A DNA stretch of 64,000 nucleotides from the NCBI GenBank assembly GCA_003427395.1, contig BFEA01000004.1:3752334-3816333 (forward strand), read 5' to 3'. Positions 54,319 to 64,000 of the stretch are shown piece by piece. Below the pieces are notes generated by a model. The model was not told where the DNA came from. It was given only the letters and a program-made list of their open reading frames with translations, and made no database searches. The stretch is from Chara braunii (taxonomy: Eukaryota; Plantae; Charophyceae). How positions within the stretch are numbered: position 1 is the stretch's first letter; every line of letters starts with the position of its first letter. The position numbers were made by a program, and so were the translations under genes.

Positions 54319-56089
54319 CTATACATAGCTCCGACAACCATGGCTATATTCTTTTCCTTTCCCAATCATGGAAAGTGAGATCGAACTAATCGAGCCAAAC
54401 ACCAAGGCCACTGTCAATGGTGTAGGTTGTCTATCGTGGGTGAACGAATTGACCTCGCAATACAAACTCGCGCGTCTCACTTGTCCCTTATTCGGCTCAT
54501 GAAAAGGTCGTGTAATGAAAGTCAAGGGTCGCCCAACAGCGGCAAAGCAGCGTCTACCAAAATCAGAATCTAGTTCACCCAACTCATTTCTCTTGCACGC
54601 GTAGTGGTAAGCATGTGTCCCCCCACGACTGTGATCGATTGTCAACAGACTACGCTAATCACACCAGGCATCTGGTGACAGTATAGTGCCATCGACTTCA
54701 ACACAGACTCACTAGCAACTGATAATGATCATTGACATCAACTAATAAGAGTACATACACCTCCGTACCTTTCGCTCTCTTACGGACACCACGAACCACG
54801 TTTTGTATACTGCCAGCACGTTCATTGCTAGTTCCCACTTCAGTTAGAGGAAGTCGCTGTTTGAAACAACTCTCGATCTTGCAGAATCCTTTTGCACACG
54901 CTTCGTCATTGAGCTGGTTCTCTTCATGTACACTTCACCGGTATATATACATTGGAGCGCTCTTCGGCGGAGGTCAGACCGACAGACACAAAAGGCTAAT
55001 GGCATCACCCATACTGGGCATCACTCGTCTTCACTCCTACCTCTCCCCCGTCTGTGATGCTCTCTCTCCCTCTCGTCGCCTCCATTCTTCCCCAGTTGAT
55101 AACCAGACTTGTCACAATATCTCTTGACGTCAGCCACCGCACGATCATCTCCGTGCTGACTCTCTTCCCACTCACTTCTTTGGGTATGTCCACCTCTCTC
55201 TTTACTCGCCTCTGCGACACACGATGTTTCCCCTCACGTGTAGAGGCTAGCACGGTGCCTCATTGGCTGGCTGACCAGAGCATGTGCATAGACCACCTTC
55301 CCTTTCTCTGCTCGTTCGAAAAACGACTGTAGTAGTGGCCACTGTTCGCTCTTCACACACGAAAGTCAAGCTGATGTCAACGAGCAGGGGTGCGACCTTG
55401 CTCTCTCTCTCGCCGTCCTCATCAACCTCGTAGACTCCCTCCTGTTCTGCGATCCCTTAACGTTCTTGGTCCCGCCGTTGTCGAGAATTAGCCTTTGACC
55501 CTTCTTTGATAGGCCCCACTGGTGGATGGCCTCGGCGCCACTGGTCCCATCTGTGCCAGGATTGGGTCGATTTCGCATCACTCATTTCCAACTCCCCTTC
55601 AGAGTCTCGGTCAAGGCATTGTTCCTCCCTGGTCGTAGTCCCAATCGACGAGTCATCCTCACGGGAGGTGACCGTCACTCACATAGTCGCAGTCACCCCG
55701 TCTCACATGCACCTCTGCTCAACTCTGTTGCGCGCCTCGGTAATAGCCACTTGCAGACCCTCGTCTCTTCTCATCTCCTGCTCTCGATGCCCGCACATGT
55801 TGATTTCCAACCTCACCTCCCCCATAGGCCTCCCATAGGACAGTATTGCCTCAACCAACTCGCCTTTCTCATCCTCCCGATCCCAGGTCCAAGAGTACCT
55901 CATGTACCTTGGCCTGTAACCACGCAACCCATTTTGGTACACCATGTCCCAGTAATAACCAGCACCTGAAGCCGCAGCAGTGGCCAACTTCTCCCAAGTA
56001 CACCTGAGGCACTGGCGTCCAGACTCAAACCTGGTCGCAGCCCTAGCATGTCGCGTTATTGTGGCTATCCCTGCTACGGGAATTTTCAC
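54319..56089 (-). pseudogene. Decayed long ORF of unknown family inside the 7.6-kb element
   Basis: Chain of same-strand fragments (55703-56089, 55457-55678, 55005-55253, 54319-54645) separated by stops and frameshifts. Confidence 0.35.
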
Positions 56090-56964
56090 TTAGCTTAGCT
56101 GATTGTCTAGTTCATAGTTGCGCTTCCTCCTTATATAATCACTACGTCATAGCCACCTGCATTCTAAAACGAGACACTTCCAATCGTTTCAATTCATCTT
56201 GAAAAGACGTGAACCCGATACTCAACGGCCCCATAACGGGATACCGACTGTAGCTCTCCCTTCCTCAAAAGAGGGCTTCAAACCACCCATAGTGAGTACC
56301 CACGTCCGATGGCAAGGAGGGTGCTTATGACCTCCCGCAGGGGATGATGAACCTCCTACCGACGAGGTCGCGAGTGCTCGCATTTTGGAGCCTTACGACA
56401 AAGTGCTTGATGGTCACGCCTACTGTAAATCGGATTCGAAGGGTCGGCCAGCCCAGGCCGCCCATTTGCAATTGAGGTTCAAAACGATCCTTTCTTCTCC
56501 CCTCGGAACAAAAAGACAGACAAAATTTAAAAGGAAACTAATAATAATAATAACAATGATAATAGTAATAATTAGAAGGGAAAAAGGGAAATGAATTGGT
56601 CTGGCGCTCGACTTTCCTTTGCTTTTTGCTTTCTTTTCTCCCCGTTCCCATACATCCCATAACACGACTGGAGGGTACTTGGCGCGCAGTTGAAAGGACC
56701 ACGCCAGCCCCCCCTACAATCGCGTCCCTGGGCGAGCCAGAAGACTACCGCAGCTACAAGCCGATCGTGCTTTGCCATACAACAAGGCGTCGAGCCTGCG
56801 CGGACCAATAAAAAGTCCAGCGGCGCACTCATCCTTTTGCCGGTGGTAGCGTCGACTGGACTAGTACCACAGCAAAATGCAGATATGGCATACCCTAGAT
56901 ACTATGGAAACTTACGAGCAGACGCTCAGTGCACCACGAAGATTAGAAGGCAAGTCCTCAACAT

Positions 56965-57110
56965 GCAACGAAGGTACGAAAGCAGGTACTTGGTACGCAA
57001 CGGAGGTACATGGGTAGGCACTCGACACGCAATGGAGGTACGTAGGTAGGCGCCTAGCACTCAGCAGGGGTACAAGAGCAGGCGCCTAGCACATAGCGGA
57101 GGGTCGAGAC
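56965..57110 (+). repeat. Subterminal 32-bp tandem repeat, 4-5 copies
   Basis: GCAACGGAGGTAC...GYAGGCGCCTAGCAC-like units at 56965, 56997, 57029, 57061 and 57093. Confidence 0.75.
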
Positions 57111-58238
57111 ACCACGCCCTCCGACAACGTGCGGCCACAATTGACCTTTGATCTTGCCCAAATCAAGGGTTCATTGTGAGTCCGCGATTTTGCCTGGGGG
57201 CTAGAGTGACAGCCAACCCTCCTTAACCACTATAAAAAAGGCAGTTGTCCTCAACTGCCACACAGTAGCACTCGTGATGCCAGTGTGTGACAGCACACTT
57301 TAATGTTGTTGGGCTGCAGAGGCTGTTAGAGGCAACGTGGGAGGAATCTGGAGGTCTGCAGTGGAGCTTAAACGAGGAGGATAGTCATAGTCGGGGTAGG
57401 GAGCACTCTAGTCCACTTCCCTCTGGGCGGTGGAGCGATCCTTGGGACTCTCCGGGGTCAAGGTGGCACGACAGGAGGCTGTTTTGGGCCTGGATTTGGT
57501 CCAGAGCCCGAATTTTATTGATTTAACATTGGTTTTCAGCGCCAACAGCGGACTTCAGGGCGCGCTGGTGAACGTTCCATTAGAATAAAGTGCAGCACGT
57601 TGATTTCTCACTCTTATGAGGTTATGATACCGATGTTTTCCGACATAAACGGTGGTAAATTTTGTGGCGTGATGTTGCCGAAATTAGGGGTCGTCAGACA
57701 GCGCTAAGTGGAAGGAAAGTGCTGTTTTTTTTTTTTATGCTGAGGGATTCGCCATCAACGTCATTAGGAGGGGCGAAATGCAGTGAGACTGTGGTGACGA
57801 CACGGCGAGCAGCGAGATCTGTGTTCATTTATGCTTGTGGACTATGTAAGTTGAAGTGAAGTTGTTGACGATAGTTTGAAGGTTGGGCCAAACTTGTCAA
57901 GGTGGAATGGCACGCCGTTTTTTTTGTGCAAGCGCCAGCGGTAGTAAGGCCATTGGCATTGGCCAAGTGGGATCTTTTGAGACCAGCGGAGCATGTGAGT
58001 GGGACAGGCAATGCCGACAGAGTTGGCTCTCGCGGGTTTTATTTTTTTGTGAGACGTGGTGGAAGTGGCTTTGGCAGGAAATGTCATCTTGTGCTGGAAG
58101 GAGTAGTGTAAGACCACCTAGCCACTTGGGACCAATTGGCACAGACGTCGGACCAGTGAACTTTATTTTGTTTTAGACATATGCAGTTCGACGTTGTTAC
58201 ACTTGGGGCTACCGCGAGTGGGACATGGGAGTGGAAGG

Positions 58239-59194
58239 CTATGTAACACCCGCGGAGGCGGACAGGCGCGGCCAAGTCCGCGGCCGCGGCCAGTCCGCGA
58301 AGCCCGCAGATGTGTCCGCACGGACGCGCGGATTCGCGGACACGTGGCGGCCGCAGGGGAGGATATTTCGCGATTCTGGCGGCGCCACGTGGCAGTGCAT
58401 TCCCTGCCCCACCCCCCCACACACAAAAAAAAGAGGAAAAGTTGAACTTTTGGTGGGGGGGTATGGGCGAAATCCAAGGAAATTCGAAAGAAAAAAAAAA
58501 CGCATTTTTTTTTATTTTTTTTTTCCGTTGATTGATTGATTGATTGATTGTTTTTTTTTTTCGATTTTGCTTTTTTCTTTTATTCGATTTTGCTTTTTTT
58601 TTTNNNNNNNNNNNNNNNNNNNNNNNNNNNNNNNNNNNNNNNNNNNNNNNNNNNNNNNNNNNNNNNNNNNNNNNNNNNNNNNNNNNNNNNNNNNNNNNNN
58701 NNNNNNNNNNNNNNNNNNNNNNNNNNNNNNNNNNNNNNNNNNNNNNNNNNNNNNNNNNNNNNNNNNNNNNNNNNNNNNNNNNNNNNNNNNNNNNNNNNNN
58801 NNNNNNNNNNNNNNNNNNNNNNNNNNNNNNNNNNNNNNNNNNNNNNNNNNNNNNNNNNNNNNNNNNNNNNNNNNNNNNNNNNNNNNNNNNNNNNNNNNNN
58901 NNNNNNNNNNNNNNNNNNNNNNNNNNNNNNNNNNNNNNNNNNNNNNNNNNNNNNNNNNNNNNNNNNNNNNNNNNNNNNNNNNNNNNNNNNNNNNNNNNNN
59001 NNNNNNNNNNNNNNNNNNNNNNNNNNNNNNNNNNNNNNNNNNNNNNNNNNNNNNNNNNNNNNNNNNNNNNNNNNNNNNNNNNNNNNNNNNNNNNNNNNNN
59101 NNNNNNNNNNNNNNNNNNNNNNNNNNNNNNNNNNNNNNNNNNNNNNNNNNNNNNNNNNNNNNNNNNNNNNNNNCACACACACACACACACACTC

Positions 59195-59252
<58 letters not shown>

Positions 59253-59711
59253 TCAATCAATCAATCAAACCTTTTTTTTTTTTNAAGTTTTTTGTTTATT
59301 TATTTTTAAATTTTGTATCTTTATTTTTCTAAAACACCTCATACCCCTGCAAAAAACAGAAATTCATTTCTAAAAAATACAGGTGAACTTTGGGACTATA
59401 TATCTGATGATAAAAAATGACAAAAAAAAAATCCAACTTTTTTTTTCTTTTTTTAATGTTTTTAAAATCGAATTTAGTTTTTGATTTTTTAAAAATCCGA
59501 AACAAAGTCGGATTCCAAAAAAACAAATAAGGGGATGTAGGGCTTAAAATTCCCTACAACCCCTCTTTTTGTTTTTTAACCAATTATTTAATTCAGGAAA
59601 ATTCTGGTAAAATCGGGTCCGCGGCGCGGACTAGGTAGGCCGCGGATGCGGACCCGTCTGCGTTCGCCATCCGATATTGGACCCGCGGACGCGTCTGTGT
59701 GTGTTACATAA
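58239..59711. mobile_element. hAT-type non-autonomous element
   Basis: TIR CTATGTAACAC...GTGTTACATA(a); TSD GTGGAAGG/ATGGAAGG; empty site GTAGAGGG|TGAATTG at ~47086-47100; CCGCGG subterminal motifs; (ATTG)n/(ATCA)n inside. Confidence 0.88.
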
Positions 59712-60467
59712 ATGGAAGGTGAATTGAGGTCATTGGTTGGTCTGGGACTTACCTTAAGACTATGGTTTTTCTTCGACAATGTGTATATATTTTTTTCTTT
59801 ACTTTCTTGAGTGAGTTGCGGCTCGTTCGACACCACTTCAGTCAAGGTGAGTTGGCGACTTGGTTTTCCCTCCACACCTGTATGAGCCCACACTTTGCTT
59901 GACCCTGTTTGTTGTGAACGTTCAAAAGAAAAGGTTAAGTAAAGTGTGTGTGGTCATGCATGTGAAAAAGTAGAATATGATGGGAGTATGGTACACACCG
60001 TTATCGCACACCCGAAAATTTGGAAATTAAAATTGTGAATTGGGGAAAATGATGTTGTCTTGTCTATCCTGAAAATTGGAACGTTATGGAATGAAAAAGG
60101 TACTTCAATCATGAATTCAAGAGGAGAGAAGGGTTGTTGATAGTGAAACCACCTAGTAAAGTAAGGTGTTTCGGTCTTGAAACACACATGTTTTAAAAAG
60201 TTCACAATTTTTCAATTGTGTGAAGACTCCCCGATTTTCAGTTACCTAAAAGTTTTTCCTGATTTTTTGTTCTCCGAAGAAAAAAAAAAACGTTTCAGAG
60301 TGTTTAACCCACGGAAAACAATTAACGAGTGTTCACCCAATTGAATGTTTTTCATGAACTGAAAAGTGTCAAAAACTTTACTGATTTTCATTTGCCTGAA
60401 CGCTTTCCCCAATTTCATGTGCCCTAAGATTTCCCTAATTTTCACTAGGCCTCATAAGGCTGCACCT

Positions 60468-61289
60468 TTTCGTGGCCTGGTTCCCGCTCTTCGAGCCCTA
60501 GTATGTGCGCTCTTATTGCAATATATAGGAAAATGTTATCTCTTTCCTGACCGAACGCGTCTAGTTCCTAATCCTACCCGCACCTCACTTCACGAACCCG
60601 TTCAACTGCGTCTCGTAGACATGGTTGGGGGTTGACCAAGGGTTGGTCCTTCCCAATGAACCCCTTTCACGACAGGCGGTGGTCCCCATCTTGAGTTCGT
60701 CAATTTGGGTGTCTCCAACCACCCAGTTGGATAAATAAAATAAGTCGTGTCCATCTCGCTGCGGACTATTGCAGCGTCTCCTTCAAGTTCGCTATCGCGC
60801 CTGAGAGAACAAACACTGCAAAGGAGCAATTCATTTGGTACTGTTGCGGTCGCCCATAAAATTAACAAAGCCATCATTAAGGCGAATAAAGCAATAGCTT
60901 CAGTTAAAGCAAAACCTAAAATGGGTATGGGTCAGAGGTGAGTCTCTGCCCTGTGTCCCATTCAACCTGAATGGTTCACCGGTTCCACCAAATGCTCTCA
61001 TCCCGAAATGGGATTCCAACTGTCAGGTTGGACGAGAATGCAGATTGTGCTTCAGGTGTTGTTGCCACTTCGTGGTCTGGTTCCTGTTCTTCGAGCCCTG
61101 GTATGTGCACTCTTATTCAAAGCAATAAATAGGAAATGTTGTCTCTCTCCTGACCGAATGCGTCCAGTTCCTAAGACTACCCGCACCTCACGTTCACGAA
61201 CCCGTTCAACAGTGTCTCGTAGACATGGATGGGGGTTAATCAAGGGTTGGTCCTTCCCAGTGACCCCCTTTCACGACAGGCGGTGGTCC
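60468..61289 (+). repeat. ~600-bp tandem unit, about 1.4 copies
   Basis: 60468-60685 repeats at ~61070-61289. Confidence 0.85.
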
Positions 61290-64000
61290 TGTCAGCGCGA
61301 ATACCCTTACAAGGGTATCCGCCCTGGTTTTTGCAAGTGGCAGAAAATAGCTTTGGTTTAAAAATTAAATATACCACGCGATTCGCGGCAGGGTTTGTTG
61401 TCTATGCGGCTGATCGTTGACTAGAACAAAGAGTGTGTGGGCTTGCAGACTTGAGGCGCACGTGATCTTTTTATCGTTGATGATTGAGGGGTCGGCGTGA
61501 TCGCCGGCCAGAATTTTTTTTTCCTTCTTCTGATTAAAACAGGGATTGAAAAGATTATGTCTCGTTGATTGATATGCTTACCTGTGGCCATGTGTACGTG
61601 CGGAGAACGACATCGACAACAAGAAGGTTTGAAGCATTTTCGGTAGCCCCGCGCGTCGCGCGGTGTGCGTTTATTCAGACGTCCCTCAGAGCTAAACCCA
61701 GATTTGGGCCTAGCGTTATTGGTTACGGTGTCGGACTTTCATCTGGGAGATTCAGGGATCGAGGTCGGGCGGTGACGGCGCGGGAACATCAGAGTGGCGC
61801 GAAGGGCCCATCAGGGCTATCCCCCTTGGGTTTTGCCGTCGGCAGCGGCCTATCATCGGTGACATTTTTCTAAATAATTTATTCTAGTGTCGTATTTCCG
61901 TTACTTCTTATGCTTCAACGTGCCTTGACTAAGACATGGCGCCGGTCTTTGGAGGCCGTCACGGCAGTCGGGGACCTTGAGTATGCGCCTCTCTAGACGG
62001 GCCCGTTTGGACTCCGTGTGTTCCAGACGCCGATGAAATTCCTCAGCCTCGCCGTTTGGAAATACAGACCAATGAGTTCAATGTGTATGCAAGCCGGTGG
62101 ATGATTAGCCCGCAAGGCGGAAGAAAAACTGAATGACGTGGGCATTTCCGCAGGAGCGCCGCCATCCGCGGTTTGCTGTGAGAGGTTTGAGTGTGAGCGT
62201 GCCCGTTGAGACTCGTGAGTTGGCGGACTATGCACGGGGGACCGTGGCAAGGCCCACAGTGGTACTACGACGTGTCGCGGACCACATGGAATCATCTCCA
62301 ATTCGGCCTTCAAAGCCCTCAATGGAATATTGGCTACAACCACCAAGAGATGCACCGGGGCTTGCTTAATTTGGACGCGCACTGCAGACTTTGCAGCGGC
62401 GCGGTACCCCTAATTCCGCAGCCCGCTTATCTGTGGGAGAGCTTGACCATTGGGGGCCCGAGAAGGTGGAGCACTCCGCCTGGGCGGAGTGAACACGCTG
62501 AGACTGCGGCGGGGCCGGCAGCAAAGATGAGGGGCGGACCATCGGTTGGTCTCGGGCATAGGGGCGAAAGACTTAGAGTTGGCTGGCGGCCGAGTCCCTC
62601 ATCAGTTTCCCTCAGAGGCGGAGGCCGTCGGGCGGTCCGCTGCGTCGGGTGCCGTTGGACCGAGGAAAGAAAGGAGGGGCCAACGGGTAGATGTCGAGTG
62701 GGGGCGGGCACTAACTTTGCTCGTGGAATACTCTCCGACTGTAGGCTGCAAGCGAAATGCTACAACAGGAACGACAAGTAGGTTACTGTGAGGTACTGTC
62801 GGGTTGAAACAGGTGAGGAAGGGCGGAGAGTCCGGCCGGCCAGCGCGAGGAAGGGCAGCGGTACACAGCGGGCGACGGGCGGTAGGCCGGTGAGGTGCAA
62901 ACGGAGACGAAGGAGAAAGGGGGGAAAGTGAAAACAGGACGAGATGAACCTGGCGCGGTTACGCGTTGGTTACGCGCAACAAAGGGGATGGCGGAAGCAG
63001 GAGTCGGGTGCAGCGGAGAACACACCACACTCTCGATCCTGAATGGAAACGAGAGGGGAAAGGGGCGATCCCAGGGTTTTTGCCCTGGGCGAACGTAATA
63101 GTGAGGTTAGAATGGCTAGGGAGCGAGTAGAAAATGAGGTAGATGGAAAACGGGTCGCGCGGGGGTATGGAAGAACGGTGAAGAAACGCGAAAGGGATAG
63201 AACACCTCGCCCGTTTCTTAACGAAAACAGGTGATTAGAGAGTTGATTTTGTGGTTTTGCTGGTGGGCGAGCTCGAATCCAGCAGTAGAATTAGTAGAAG
63301 GTTAGTGAAAAGAGAGTTAGAAAAGAAGTGGCTGCGCGGAGATGGCAGAGCCAACGACTATGGAGGAACAAGATATTGTCCAATTCACTCGATTCTCAAC
63401 GGAATCGAGTGAGCCTGAGTAGTAAGCAGGGGTATGTGACAGCTACAAGTTGGATGGAGGAGTTGGACGTAGACTAGAATTAGTAGTTTGGTCGGACCAA
63501 CTTTACAGGCTGCACGCAGGAAGAGGAGAACAGCTTCGCAAAGTAGCAATGAATACTCCCGCGTTTTAGAGGACGATTCATTCGGTTTCTTGCCAGTCGC
63601 TGCTGAGGGGGGGGGATGCTGGAGGCGTGCAGCAAAGATAGAAACTTACCTGTTACTCGATGCGTTGCTCCTCCTATCGATGAAAAACTATTCCCCTCTT
63701 CTCCTCGTGTGCATATTTCCGCGTTCTAGCAGGAGATTCATTCGTTTCTTTTCCTCTCTAACTATCTCGTAGAGCGTACGGCGATGGCTGCCTCTGACAA
63801 CTTCGAACTCCATACTCCCACCCGGATTTCTTTTCGATATATCTGCCCGTAGTTGGGGGCAAGCCTACTCTCAATCTCTGTCCTTTTTGCCTTTGCTTAG
63901 AGCGTGAGGGTCGGGGGTAGCTAGTAACTGTGGGGGAAAGCACACGTACCTGACCATGGCCGACGGGAAGATTCGTCCCAAGCTGTGCAGTTGGTAGGTG
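61290..64000 (+). mobile_element. Module E, second copy (left part; runs off the window)
   Basis: Starts TGTCAGCGCGAATACCCTTACAAGGGTAT; reverse complement of 30280-32827, plus ~135 bp (63600-63735) absent from copy 1. Confidence 0.85.

Larger units (their letters stand above)
49538..57126. mobile_element. 7589-bp insertion with TGTCG...CGACA ends and ACGT target-site duplication
   Basis: ACGT at 49534-49537 and 57127-57130; the flanks rejoin to match the empty site at ~46045-46070. No LTR pair or long TIR seen. Confidence 0.88.
48458..59990 (+). mobile_element. Module XY, copy B, split by two nested insertions
   Basis: Collinear with copy A once 49538-57126 and 58239-59711 are removed. Confidence 0.75.

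Noticed and set aside
59531-59562. GGGGATGTAG resembling a tRNA-Ala 5' end
   Set aside because: No cloverleaf or T-loop; it is one arm of a simple hairpin inside the MITE.
60468-61289. TRIM (mini LTR element) interpretation of the 600-bp unit
   Set aside because: No clear PPT, LTR start or TSD; plain tandem duplication explains it equally well.

Overview
Eukaryotic genomic DNA, not prokaryotic. It is most likely a streptophyte green alga such as Chara, inferred from plant-type APUM motifs, low-complexity coding sequence and repeat style. Bases 1-10.2 kb hold the first five coding exons (minus strand, 1120 codons, all GT-AG, phases consistent) of an APUM1-6-type Pumilio gene with a 36-Gln tract; the gene runs off the left edge. 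Bases ~12.5-64 kb are a nested transposon/repeat cluster with no recognisable host gene. It contains two hAT-type MITEs with 8-bp TSDs, a decayed LTR-retrotransposon gag (CCHC knuckle, LTR end and PBS), a 150-bp dimeric fold-back satellite, a 91-bp hairpin tandem array and a hammerhead-like insert in a (TA)n tract. The most unusual content is a set of multi-kb modules bounded by TGTCG...CGACA with no recognisable gag/pol or transposase. One is a complete 7.6-kb insertion with a 4-bp TSD and orphan ORFs; several others share one ~430-bp structured terminal domain. The order of repeats suggests the right part of the window is inverted relative to the left, either a real inversion or a mis-oriented scaffold. 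Identity values are estimates by eye; no database search was run.
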